This document shows, piece after piece, positions 55,541-64,000 of a stretch of DNA of 64,000 nt. The notes under the pieces are model-generated. The model was not told where the DNA came from, ran no database searches, and was given only the letters and a program-made list of their open reading frames with translations. Numbering within the stretch: position 1 is the first letter of the stretch; every line of letters begins with the position of its first letter. The translations under genes and the position numbers were made by a program. Location: positions 6,514 through 70,513 of the IMG/VR virus record IMGVR_UViG_3300044842_000287; one strand, written 5' to 3'. The DNA comes from a virus (Duplodnaviria; Caudoviricetes).

Positions 55541-56425
55541 TTACACTTTCGGCGGAACCGGGAGTCCTTCTTGCCCTTGGTACTTACCGCTGCGGTCTTT
55601 GTAGGAGACTTCGCAGGGTTCACTGCCGCGGAAGAACAGCACCTGAGCACAGCCTTCGTTGGCATAGATCTTGGCCGGCAGCGGCGTGGTGTTGGAGAAT
55701 TCCAGCGTCACGTAGCCTTCCCATTCCGGCTCGAACGGCGTGACATTGACGATGATGCCGCAGCGCGCGTAGGTGGACTTGCCGAGGCACACGGTCAGGA
55801 CGTTGCGCGGGATACGGAAGTATTCCTTGGTGCGGGCCAGCGCGAACGAATTCGGCGGGATGATGATGTACGGTTTCTCGTCCGTCGTCACCACATCCAC
55901 GAACGAATTCGAGTCGAAGTTCTTCGGATCGACGATCGCCGAGTTCACGTTGGTGAAGATCTTGAACTCGTTGCCGCAGGTCACGTCGTAACCGTACGAC
56001 GACAGGCCGAGTGAGACGATCTTCTCGGTTTCGTACCGATCGTTTTCGCTACCGTCGGTAGCGTTGTGAATGACATTGCGCGTCTTGACTTGGTGCGGGA
56101 AGAACGGCTCGATCATCGGCTTGAAGTTAGCCTGTTGTTCTTTCACCCAGTCTTTATCGTACATCCTGATGGCGCCGATGCCCGGACCATCTTCAGTACC
56201 TTTTTCGCCACCGTACACCTTGGCCAGTTTCAGGAGGTGCGGATCGCGGCGACCTTCGATCGGATGCGTGATCGCCCTGAACTCATTGGCGTAGATGGGG
56301 AGGACGATGCTGTTGGAGACGCCGCGCGTACGGAGATCTTGGAATTCGATCTCGGCCACAGGCACTTCGCATAGTGCGCGAATTTGACGGTCACTGAGGA
56401 TACCCGGGAGTTCATTGGTTTGCAT
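55541..56425 (-). CDS. dcd: dCTP deaminase with N-terminal insertion
   Basis: [55 protein letters not shown]. Confidence 0.92.
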   Translation of the reverse strand: MQTNELPGILSDRQIRALCEVPVAEIEFQDLRTRGVSNSIVLPIYANEFRAITHPIEGRRDPHLLKLAKVYGGEKGTEDGPGIGAIRMYDKDWVKEQQANFKPMIEPFFPHQVKTRNVIHNATDGSENDRYETEKIVSLGLSSYGYDVTCGNEFKIFTNVNSAIVDPKNFDSNSFVDVVTTDEKPYIIIPPNSFALARTKEYFRIPRNVLTVCLGKSTYARCGIIVNVTPFEPEWEGYVTLEFSNTTPLPAKIYANEGCAQVLFFRGSEPCEVSYKDRSGKYQGQEGLPVPPKV

Positions 56426-56446
56426 GTGATATCTTTCTTGGTTTAG

Positions 56447-57193
56447 TTAAGCGGTGGTTGTGTTGATGGCGGCTAAGCTGCCGCTGTGAATGAATTCGCT
56501 GAGTCGATTATTTACATCATGGCTGCGGATATGGGTAGCATTGAGGACCCTTTTGGCTTCATCAGCCGCAAGGCGTTCAGCCATTCTGTTGATGGCGGCG
56601 ATCTCGCCGCGCAGCACGCCACGTTTGTAGGTGCTGTGCAAGGTTTGCACCATCGCGCCAGAGATGTCAGTAGGCAAATATTCCACATACGGTTCTTTGG
56701 TGTCTGCATCGATAAGACGAATTTTCCAGCCCTCGCTGTACTCGCCGTTGTCGAAATACAGCTCGGCATCTGCGCCGCCTCCCCAACCGCGCAGGGTTTT
56801 CAGGTGGTTAACTTGCTCAGCGGTTGGGAAAGCTTTGACCTCGATGTTTTTGTGGAGGAAATGCTCGATTTGCCCGCACACATATTCCAACTCACGCGGA
56901 TTCTCGGCATTACTCGACCATTTCCGCGTAGACACCACGTAATGCGGATCTTCCAGCGCCTCGATAAACTCCACCGTGTAGTTATCTTCCAAATCGATCT
57001 GGCTGATATGGATCGTGCGCGAAATCTTGATATCGTTACCGAAGCGATTGAAGATAGAGCGAATGGTGGAATGATGTTTCTTACCGTGAGGATCTGGGTC
57101 ATTCGACACCTCTTTGATGTCCTTGATCGCTACGCCGAAAGGACGAAGGGCGCGTTCTTCGATGATGTCAAAATGCTTACCGTGCAAAGTCAT
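56447..57193 (-). CDS. Hypothetical protein
   Basis: 248 aa; directly downstream of a TATATTAC promoter. Confidence 0.6.
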   Translation of the reverse strand: MTLHGKHFDIIEERALRPFGVAIKDIKEVSNDPDPHGKKHHSTIRSIFNRFGNDIKISRTIHISQIDLEDNYTVEFIEALEDPHYVVSTRKWSSNAENPRELEYVCGQIEHFLHKNIEVKAFPTAEQVNHLKTLRGWGGGADAELYFDNGEYSEGWKIRLIDADTKEPYVEYLPTDISGAMVQTLHSTYKRGVLRGEIAAINRMAERLAADEAKRVLNATHIRSHDVNNRLSEFIHSGSLAAINTTTA

Positions 57194-57223
57194 GTTAGTC
57201 CTTATGGTTAGGGGCTCATCGTA

Positions 57224-57231
57224 GTAATATA
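57224..57231 (-). promoter_or_regulatory. phiKZ-type early promoter TATATTAC
   Basis: Exact match about 30 nt upstream of ATG 57193. Confidence 0.6.
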
Positions 57232-57245
57232 GGCGCGAAATAAAT

Positions 57246-57512
57246 TCAAACCGTCTTTTTCTTTTGGTTGGCGTACCACGTTAATGCTTCCCACGGTAGA
57301 ATGAAGTAGTTGGTTTCTTGTAGCATAGCCCGCAGATGTTCAATCGACTGTTGGCGATGGTATTGACGGGCCCTCAACAAGAACGCGTCAAAGCGTTTCT
57401 TGGTAACGTTGTACTCGTATTCGGGCAGCTCTTGTTTATAGCGTTTCAGTTCGCTGTAATGCCATGCTCGCAAATGCGCGAACAAACGTTTGAGTTCTTC
57501 ATCGGCTGTCAT
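57246..57512 (-). CDS. Hypothetical protein
   Basis: Start reassigned to MTADEELK. Confidence 0.5.
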   Translation of the reverse strand: MTADEELKRLFAHLRAWHYSELKRYKQELPEYEYNVTKKRFDAFLLRARQYHRQQSIEHLRAMLQETNYFILPWEALTWYANQKKKTV

Positions 57513-57543
57513 AGCAAACAAAAAAGAAAGGGACATAAAAATA

Positions 57544-57563
57544 GGAGAGCCCGAAGGCTCTCC
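57544..57563. terminator. Hairpin with CATA/TATG flanks
   Basis: GGAGAGCC-CGAA-GGCTCTCC (UUCG loop on minus). Confidence 0.7.
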
Positions 57564-57573
57564 CGTTATGCCG

Positions 57574-58683
57574 TTACAGCGATTTGAAGTGCTCGGTCAT
57601 GTCGACGTAGCGATCGAAGTGTTGGTCTTCAGTGCCGGGCACTTTAACGAACTGGTTATCGTCGTAAGTGCATTGACCGTGTTGTACTTTCAGCACCGAG
57701 ATCACGCGGCGGCGCCAGCCTACGCGGAACATGCCCTTATCGGTATCGAAGATGAACCAGTCAGCCGCATAACCACGTTCACTGTAGTTGTTGGGCACGA
57801 CCACCGAACCACGAACGTCCACGCCTGCAGCTTCGATGGCTTCGACCATTCGCTTACGTTCGGTTGCCGTTGCCCGATCCACCATACAGGTCGGATGGAT
57901 GTAACGGCGGGCGGCAAAGATCAACACATCGTCCTCTCGCACGACATACCGATTCCAATCTACCAACTCACTCCGATCAGCATACTGCTTGTGACCCGTC
58001 GCATAACCCTTACGATTGCGCACCTGCGGTTCACCGCCACGCGCTTCAGTCGGAGTGAGATCAATAAATCGATCGCTGCGTAGCACCGTGGTCATGTACA
58101 TCTTGAGTTCGGCGCGACCGTCGGGTGTCCTTTGGATGAGTTCCCGGACTTCAGCCAGCGTCTTCCCGATTACGTTGGAATCCGCTGGATACTCGAAATC
58201 ATCCATGTGATTATAGGTCACGATCCGGCAGTCGTGCGATGTTCCGATTGACCACGTTTTGCCACAGTGGTCGCAGGGAATATCCGCTGGTGGCAGAACC
58301 GCGAGTCCGCCGAGGGTCCTCTCCCACTGCCACTGCGGTTCGTCAGCGAGATTATAGAAGAAGTTATTGAATTCTTCCGGAGTGTGAACCGTTTCTGCGT
58401 ATTTGATCTTGTCCCAGATCTCGCGTACCCGCGGCGGCGTACCTTCGAACTCTCGCAGACTCAGCCGCATGCAAGAGCCACTATAACTAAGGGACCACAT
58501 ACCCGCCACGATGAATTCACGCATCGAGGCCGTTTTGACTTTATGACCATAGTCGCTACGAAGTTGCGCGATCTGATTCAACCCTTCCAGCCCACGTTCA
58601 CGGATAGCGTTATGAATCTGCACCGGGTCGTCAAACCAAGGGTGGTTCGACACGTAATTGAGATTGACCTGTTCTACTTTCAT
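57574..58683 (-). CDS. Hypothetical protein with CxxC motif
   Basis: Start reassigned to MKVEQV (SD AAGGATATCAC); PCDHCG and HPTC. Confidence 0.6.
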   Translation of the reverse strand: MKVEQVNLNYVSNHPWFDDPVQIHNAIRERGLEGLNQIAQLRSDYGHKVKTASMREFIVAGMWSLSYSGSCMRLSLREFEGTPPRVREIWDKIKYAETVHTPEEFNNFFYNLADEPQWQWERTLGGLAVLPPADIPCDHCGKTWSIGTSHDCRIVTYNHMDDFEYPADSNVIGKTLAEVRELIQRTPDGRAELKMYMTTVLRSDRFIDLTPTEARGGEPQVRNRKGYATGHKQYADRSELVDWNRYVVREDDVLIFAARRYIHPTCMVDRATATERKRMVEAIEAAGVDVRGSVVVPNNYSERGYAADWFIFDTDKGMFRVGWRRRVISVLKVQHGQCTYDDNQFVKVPGTEDQHFDRYVDMTEHFKSL

Positions 58684-58711
58684 GTGATATCCTTGTTTAT
58701 TATTGGTTATG

Positions 58712-59083
58712 TTAGCCGATCGGGTATTGTTCACACATCCCGAAAATGGTTTGGCGATACGACGCTTTCTTCTTGGTCATTGCGGCCACGCGATCACCTT
58801 CACTGCGGTGCTCGTCCTTGACGTAGAGCACATACCACGGCGCCTTCCAGTTATCGACCCCTTCGACTCGCAGGTCACCTTCTTGCTGCTGGTAAGTGCG
58901 GTGGCGGAACCTCAGCGAATGCAGTTCGTCTTCACTGAAAGGTTTATCTCCCGCGTGCTTTTGCATATACTCACGCAGTGCCGCCAGTGTCGCCGGGATC
59001 TTCTCGGTGGTTTTGAATGAAGCCTGCACACTGCCGACATCGCAGCGAATCTTCATCAGTGGAGCTTTACGAACAGTTACCAC
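58712..59083 (-). CDS. Hypothetical protein
   Basis: GTG start; SD AAAGGA plus leader motif. Confidence 0.55.
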   Translation of the reverse strand: MVTVRKAPLMKIRCDVGSVQASFKTTEKIPATLAALREYMQKHAGDKPFSEDELHSLRFRHRTYQQQEGDLRVEGVDNWKAPWYVLYVKDEHRSEGDRVAAMTKKKASYRQTIFGMCEQYPIG

Positions 59084-59102
59084 AAGTTTCCTTTCTTGTT
59101 GG

Positions 59103-59486
59103 TTATTTGATGTTTTTGATGGGGGTAGAGGTGGGGCGTTTAAAGAACGACAAAATACATAGGGCGGCTTGGCCGACTTCGTCTTCCATGAAGTCGTAGT
59201 CTTCCGAATCGAAATTCGGCTTCGGCACGATATCCATGTCGTAACCTTTCAGATGGCGATCTGCTAAGATCACGCGAATACCGCCTTCGAGCTTACGAGA
59301 GAACACCCAGACGATCCGGCCGATGTCCGCTGCGGCGATTCGTAGACACGATTGCGGACCCAAATGTGAAGCCGATACCACTAAGTTACAAGGCATCTCA
59401 TGTGTCCCATTTTGAATCTGCAATGTCAGCATGTGTACTACAGCTTCCGCTAACATTAAGCTCGTGTCTTTACGAATTGTTATCAT
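59103..59486 (-). CDS. Hypothetical protein
   Basis: 127 aa; SD AAGGTGA. Confidence 0.5.
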   Translation of the reverse strand: MITIRKDTSLMLAEAVVHMLTLQIQNGTHEMPCNLVVSASHLGPQSCLRIAAADIGRIVWVFSRKLEGGIRVILADRHLKGYDMDIVPKPNFDSEDYDFMEDEVGQAALCILSFFKRPTSTPIKNIK

Positions 59487-59504
59487 AGCTCGATCACCTT
59501 TTCT

Positions 59505-59783
59505 TTAACCGAAGAGAAAACGAAACATTCGTTTTAAAACCGTGGTGTTTTGTTGCGAGATCTGCTGAGCGAGTTGTTCTGCCTCACTTAAACCATCATT
59601 CGCACCGAGCGCATATCCATCCAGAGCCGCTATTTTCAAAGTGCGAAGCAGATCATTCTTGGTAAGTGCGAGGGGGATGCTAGGGTCCCGATCCTTGAAT
59701 AATCGATCCACAATCTTTGCTGCGGCTAAGGTGCACCGATTATCAATGTCAAGCTTGTCACGCAACCCATGTCCTTGTGCCAT
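59505..59783 (-). CDS. Hypothetical protein
   Basis: 92 aa; abuts the upstream gene. Confidence 0.5.
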   Translation of the reverse strand: MAQGHGLRDKLDIDNRCTLAAAKIVDRLFKDRDPSIPLALTKNDLLRTLKIAALDGYALGANDGLSEAEQLAQQISQQNTTVLKRMFRFLFG

Positions 59784-60419
59784 TTAACGCTCCGTTTTCT
59801 TGATCAGCCCTTTGAGCAGACCGCTGGGTTTGACGTCCTTGACGAACTGGGTGGCGTTCTTGTCACCTCGTTTGACTGGGCCGTGGGCACCCTTGACCAC
59901 GCGCAGGGTACTGTTACCGACCTGATTTCTCTTTTTACGTCGTTCCGTACGGTTTTCGAAAGGATCGAGATGCCGAGGTTCAGCGAGCACCATCGTCTCA
60001 GTCGGAAACGAAGCCATCAGTGCCGCGAACATCACCGCCATTTTACCGGATGGGATTCGATGGCCAGCGTGAATGTCACTGATAAGAAGGGGCTTCACGG
60101 TAGGTTTATGGACCAAACGGTGAATTACCATGACATCGGGTTGGGCAGGATCAACTCCCATTACGATTGGAGGCGTCCAGGTGTCATTCTTAACCCCGGC
60201 CGTCTCGAAATCGAACGCGATCTTTCCTTCCCCGAGCGGCTCAAGCATGATATCTCCAAGACTGGGTAGGCACACCCTTGACATCTCTTCGAGAGTTTCC
60301 CGCAGGATGTGTTCAGGCGAGGGGTAGACATCGACCTCTCCATACGCCCGCACAGGGGCATTGTAATCGATCGTTACGTCAGGACGAATGGGTACCACTT
60401 TCTTATCGTCATCGCTCAT
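59784..60419 (-). CDS. Hypothetical protein with basic C-terminus
   Basis: 211 aa; SD AGGATATCAC. Confidence 0.55.
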   Translation of the reverse strand: MSDDDKKVVPIRPDVTIDYNAPVRAYGEVDVYPSPEHILRETLEEMSRVCLPSLGDIMLEPLGEGKIAFDFETAGVKNDTWTPPIVMGVDPAQPDVMVIHRLVHKPTVKPLLISDIHAGHRIPSGKMAVMFAALMASFPTETMVLAEPRHLDPFENRTERRKKRNQVGNSTLRVVKGAHGPVKRGDKNATQFVKDVKPSGLLKGLIKKTER

Positions 60420-60438
60420 GGTGATATCCTGTTGTTAA

Positions 60439-60843
60439 TTATTTCGGTTTGTAAACGTCGCTGGTGACTTCGGTACGGCCTTTGACGAGAAACTCGTACA
60501 CCGCTTTTGCGGCAAGATGATGCTCGTTGTAAGCGAGGCAAATGCAGATGGCTTCGTCGGTCGGAACTCGACCGCGTTTTTCATCGTAGTACGTGGTGGT
60601 ATCGGTACCCAGCACGACATCGATTCCGTCTGTCACACGGTTTTGCTTTACCCAAGCACACGCCTTAAACGGTTCCTCAGTCGTCTGGAAACGATAGGCG
60701 GATTGACCACCCAGTGTGGCTGCGCGAGCCATGACATGGGTGCCGCGGTTCAATGTCCCCTCGTGTTGTTCCCACTCATGCATCAGCAGATTAAACACGG
60801 CTTCGCTGATTATGAGACCGTTGTCTTTTGTTATTCTGAACAT
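60439..60843 (-). CDS. Hypothetical protein
   Basis: 134 aa; SD AAGGA. Confidence 0.55.
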   Translation of the reverse strand: MFRITKDNGLIISEAVFNLLMHEWEQHEGTLNRGTHVMARAATLGGQSAYRFQTTEEPFKACAWVKQNRVTDGIDVVLGTDTTTYYDEKRGRVPTDEAICICLAYNEHHLAAKAVYEFLVKGRTEVTSDVYKPK

Positions 60844-60845
60844 GG

Positions 60846-61496
60846 TTATTCCTTTTTGTTGTCTTGAGTCGGGGGCGGAAGTTCTTTGACTTCACGGAGA
60901 TTTTGTTCCATCGAGTTGAATAGATCTTGTTTCTTTTGTTTACGGCCTTTGATCTGTTCGCCTAAGAAGTCAGCTAGTTTTACTCGGCCCTCAATCTCCG
61001 GCGTATCTTGGTCAAACACATCGCGCAATGTCCCAAGACGAGTGTCCATGGTGACCTCGACATTGGGTGAACCTGACGAAGAGTGTTTATGTTTCCCACG
61101 CCGCACCGTCAGGTACTCGGCGCCCTCAATGAAATCAACGCTGTGGACCGGCATATCGGCGATATCGGTACAGGAGTCTACAATCATTAAGGGTTGCTCA
61201 GAGCTTGGATTGTAGGGGTGAAGATTCTCCAACAACTGTCGCTTGAAAAAGTCAGGCGTGTTACGTGCAGCAGTGAAGGCTTCCAGTAGCGAGGAAAACC
61301 TACCTTTGTCCACCAGTTCTTGCAGTGCGATTTTGATGAAATTGGAGTTCGTGGCTCCATCAAAGAACTGGTTCATCTCCTCTTCCGTATATGTATCATT
61401 GCGAGGTGCCCGGGCCGTGACGAACTGGATGTTTTTGTCCTTCACGAATTGCCGCATCCATTCATACAGAGCTTTGATATCATCACTCATGATCAT
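60846..61496 (-). CDS. Hypothetical protein
   Basis: 216 aa; SD AAGGAG. Confidence 0.55.
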   Translation of the reverse strand: MIMSDDIKALYEWMRQFVKDKNIQFVTARAPRNDTYTEEEMNQFFDGATNSNFIKIALQELVDKGRFSSLLEAFTAARNTPDFFKRQLLENLHPYNPSSEQPLMIVDSCTDIADMPVHSVDFIEGAEYLTVRRGKHKHSSSGSPNVEVTMDTRLGTLRDVFDQDTPEIEGRVKLADFLGEQIKGRKQKKQDLFNSMEQNLREVKELPPPTQDNKKE

Positions 61497-61501
61497 TCTC
61501 C

Positions 61502-61723
61502 TTAACAGTGACCGATGTTCGGGAACTGCTGGTAGTTGCTGGCGTCACCGTAGATGTTCAGCGACGGGTGACGGGTGAATTCCAAAGTCACCGGCACCCG
61601 AAGCACAGGGGGATTAACCTGCACCGCCTGAAGTTGAGACGCCGTCATGGCGTACATCTCTTCGGTGACGTTGGTGGCTGGCATTTCCGCGAAGAGAACT
61701 TCCGGACAGTATTCATTACTCAT
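61502..61723 (-). CDS. Hypothetical protein
   Basis: 73 aa; SD AAAGGA plus leader motif. Confidence 0.5.
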   Translation of the reverse strand: MSNEYCPEVLFAEMPATNVTEEMYAMTASQLQAVQVNPPVLRVPVTLEFTRHPSLNIYGDASNYQQFPNIGHC

Positions 61724-61803
61724 GTTGCTTTCCTTTAATTGTTAGTTATGTGGTTTTTACCATAGCTTAGATGCCATGGGTGATTTTCTATTAAGGGCAT
61801 ACG

Positions 61804-61829
61804 CCCCATGACCCGCGCGGGTCATGGGG
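61804..61829. terminator. Perfect palindromic hairpin with CATA/TATG flanks
   Basis: CCCCATGACCC-GCGC-GGGTCATGGGG. Confidence 0.65.
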
Positions 61830-61833
61830 TAGC

Positions 61834-62178
61834 TTATGCTGCGCGCAGATGATGCGGGGGATAGACGACTTCCTTGCGTTCACCGCGACTGTTTTCGGGG
61901 GAACGCCATTGTTGTAACAAGCCGCGAATGATGAATTGGTTTTCGGCCAACATATTCACGACTTTCTTCGCCGGGTTGGGACATTTACGCAACTCGGCCA
62001 GGAACTTGATCTTGGTCAAATGATCGAGCCACATTTCGAGTGCGGCTGGATCGTCTTGCGTCCACACTGGCGGATGCACCGTCGCCAGATACTGCTGGGG
62101 TTCCAGCAGCGTATGTTCAGTTTGCTTATGCTCGACCCACACAAACATCGTCACTTCATATCCCGGCACACACATCAC
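61834..62178 (-). CDS. Hypothetical protein
   Basis: 114 aa; overlaps the upstream stop. Confidence 0.5.
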   Translation of the reverse strand: MMCVPGYEVTMFVWVEHKQTEHTLLEPQQYLATVHPPVWTQDDPAALEMWLDHLTKIKFLAELRKCPNPAKKVVNMLAENQFIIRGLLQQWRSPENSRGERKEVVYPPHHLRAA

Positions 62179-62459
62179 GCAGTCTCCAGTTCAGGTGTTT
62201 TGAACAAATCCATGATCTTCTGCTCGCCTTTAGGCGGGTCTTTTGGGCGGAGATCACCAATGTAAGCCACCATTCGATTTTTCTCTTCACGTGGGTGACC
62301 CGGCAAGTAGCTGTCAGTTTCCCAAGCGATATGCATCTTTTTATCGACATTGTCGAAAAAGTTGAACGGACCTTCCAGAATGGTGGTCTCCTGCCCATTC
62401 AAGCCAGCAAACTCGCCGACTTGGTTATACCAGACATAGACTTTCCCTACTTCATACAT
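62175..62459 (-). CDS. Hypothetical protein
   Basis: Start reassigned to MYEVGKVY (SD GGAAG). Confidence 0.5.
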   Translation of the reverse strand: MYEVGKVYVWYNQVGEFAGLNGQETTILEGPFNFFDNVDKKMHIAWETDSYLPGHPREEKNRMVAYIGDLRPKDPPKGEQKIMDLFKTPELETA

Positions 62460-63054
62460 TCGAGCTTCCTTCCGTAGTTTGGACGGTTTGATACTCTTGC
62501 GCCAGTTGATTGAGCATTTTCTGCTTCTCATAAAAGAGGTCACTGGCTTTCTTGTTTTCTGCCACAATGTGGTCAAGCCACCAGCCCGCTTTTTCGTATG
62601 CGTCGCGGACTTCTTGCGTTTTCATGTTACGGGTCAAACGATCGATCAGCTCCAGCGCATCTTGAATACGTTGGTGTTCGCTAGGACGCATCCCAAAGCC
62701 GTCAATGCCGATGCAGTGCGTGCGAACCATGATGAGTTGCAGGGAAGCCACCCCATCGTTCAGTACAGCAGCCACCCCATCGTCCGGCTTGAAGTAATCG
62801 GTGTACGCAATCGAGCCCGCATACATGCGATGCATCAGCTTATTCCAATCGTCGAAATTGCCGACTTGGTTAACGATGTGCTCCATGCAGGTACGGGCCA
62901 TATCACTGGCCTTCTTGACGAAGCTATTGGGGTTCATGAAATCCCCGACCACCAAAGGCGTGTGCGGGAATGCCGTCGCGATGCGGGAGGCAACCGCGGT
63001 CGGACGGGTTTGAGGCGGTTTGGGTTTACGGGATTTTTTGGAATTACCAGCCAT
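62452..63054 (-). CDS. Hypothetical helical protein
   Basis: 200 aa; leader motif without SD; downstream of TATATCAC. Confidence 0.6.
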   Translation of the reverse strand: MAGNSKKSRKPKPPQTRPTAVASRIATAFPHTPLVVGDFMNPNSFVKKASDMARTCMEHIVNQVGNFDDWNKLMHRMYAGSIAYTDYFKPDDGVAAVLNDGVASLQLIMVRTHCIGIDGFGMRPSEHQRIQDALELIDRLTRNMKTQEVRDAYEKAGWWLDHIVAENKKASDLFYEKQKMLNQLAQEYQTVQTTEGSSNV

Positions 63055-63114
63055 GGTTATTGTTGGTTGTTGGTTTGTGAGAAGAAAGGAGAGTCCTAGT
63101 TATGGCTCACTGTC

Positions 63115-63122
63115 GTGATATA
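63115..63122 (-). promoter_or_regulatory. TATATCAC, early-promoter variant
   Basis: One mismatch to TATATTAC; intergenic, after a terminator-like hairpin. Confidence 0.45.
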
Positions 63123-63227
63123 GTCGTAAAGTTGCCTAGAACCATTCTCTGTCAACAAGATAGAGGTTGCTATAAAAAAAGAACCATACGCCCCAACCCC
63201 CCAACCGCAAGGTCGGGAGGTTAGAGG

Positions 63228-63626
63228 TTAGGCGTTCAGGATAGGCTGGGGTTCGTCTTGCTGATCCTTTTCGAACTCGGTTTCGATCGCCCAGATACCG
63301 GCGTTGACGTTACGCTTGAGCAGCTCGATGTCCGGCTTATGGCCATCGCCATCTTGCCAGCGGAGTTGCTCGTAGTACGTCGCCTCGGCTTGATGTTGGA
63401 AGCTGTCGTTCTTGTTGACCGACAGACTGCCTTTCAAGACTGGATAGGACGAAATATCTTCTTCCGTGCCCGTGTCAACGACCTTGGCGGTGAAACGCAG
63501 TTCGACCAGCGGTTCCGGATCGTGTTCTTCCGTCACATGGTGCGGGGTGACGACCTGGCCTTTTGGAGTCAGCCAGGTGCGATGCGGGTGGCGCAGGATT
63601 ACAGGCTGGTGCAGGGCTTTCTTCAT
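63228..63626 (-). CDS. Hypothetical protein
   Basis: 132 aa; SD GAGG; followed by a hairpin. Confidence 0.55.
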   Translation of the reverse strand: MKKALHQPVILRHPHRTWLTPKGQVVTPHHVTEEHDPEPLVELRFTAKVVDTGTEEDISSYPVLKGSLSVNKNDSFQHQAEATYYEQLRWQDGDGHKPDIELLKRNVNAGIWAIETEFEKDQQDEPQPILNA

Positions 63627-63735
63627 GGTTACCTCACGTTAAGGTGCTTAGTTCGCACTCTATATTAGTCTTCAATAAAAAACACCATAATGCGTTCTTT
63701 TATATTTTTTAATTTCTTGACCGCAATAAAAGATA

Positions 63736-63999
63736 TCAATACGGCACGACGTCGGTAGCGCGCGGGGTGAGCGGCCACGTAGCCCAAGGATCAGGCGTGT
63801 CGATGTATGGGTAGAAGATTCGATTGGGTCTAGGATCGATGGGTTCACCCCCTACGATGGAAGAAATCGCTTCTGGGTATTGACGGATGTGGGTGTATGG
63901 GATAAATACCGGGGTGTATTCCGCGTGCCAATAGCCAAAGGTGTAGCGTAGGCACGAGTCGTTACCGTACATGTTCGCTTGTAAAAACAAGCGGTGCAT
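63736..63999 (-). CDS. Hypothetical protein (probably truncated by the window end)
   Basis: ORF reaches the window edge; the true start may lie outside. Confidence 0.4.
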   Translation of the reverse strand: MHRLFLQANMYGNDSCLRYTFGYWHAEYTPVFIPYTHIRQYPEAISSIVGGEPIDPRPNRIFYPYIDTPDPWATWPLTPRATDVVPY

Positions 64000-64000
64000 T

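Noticed and set aside
55990-56370. Intein or intron in dcd
   Set aside because: No N-terminal Cys/Ser block or terminal His-Asn, the frame is open, and there is no endonuclease motif.
2046-63225. CRISPR array or REP/IS family among the hairpins
   Set aside because: Stem sequences differ from each other, are not regularly spaced, and no cas gene or transposase is present.
1-64000. tRNA genes
   Set aside because: GGTTCGA-like hits (e.g. near 3280, 9378, 30140) lie inside CDSs and have no cloverleaf.

Overview
This is a 64 kb segment of a lytic phiKZ-like jumbo phage genome (Chimalliviridae-type). The Betaproteobacterial-type dcd suggests a Burkholderia/Ralstonia-like host; this is inference. 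Genes are dense and almost all on the minus strand; only portal, DnaB, the SNF2-type helicase and one small Cys/His protein are on plus. Layout: (1) 1-5.3 kb, small accessory ORFs, including winged-helix and membrane proteins. (2) 5.3-27.3 kb, the conserved phiKZ-like core block: CYTH protein, spanin pair, RuvC, two virion proteins, portal, non-virion RNA polymerase beta subunit, major capsid protein, DnaB, SF2 helicase. (3) 27.4-47.7 kb, an accessory region with a candidate ~385-nt structured ncRNA, a paralog triad, and an array of nine genes. The nine have unrelated N-terminal domains but end in the same C-terminal module (AA[RK][DEK][LM]F); this is the most notable finding. (4) 47.7-56.4 kb, an RNA-repair and nucleotide-metabolism cluster: Pol-beta-like nucleotidyltransferase, Rnl2-like ligase, CCA-adding/HD enzyme with a shortened flexible loop, HslV-like protease, RtcB, Dcd. 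(5) 56.4-64 kb, small hypothetical ORFs. Recurrent cis-elements are phiKZ-type TATATTAC promoters, an A/C-rich leader motif (ATAACYAACAA) and CATA-hairpin-TATG elements. No tRNA, rRNA, CRISPR array or transposase was seen. The nucleus genes (chimallin, PhuZ) are not in this window. All family calls come from motif recognition by eye, not from database searches.
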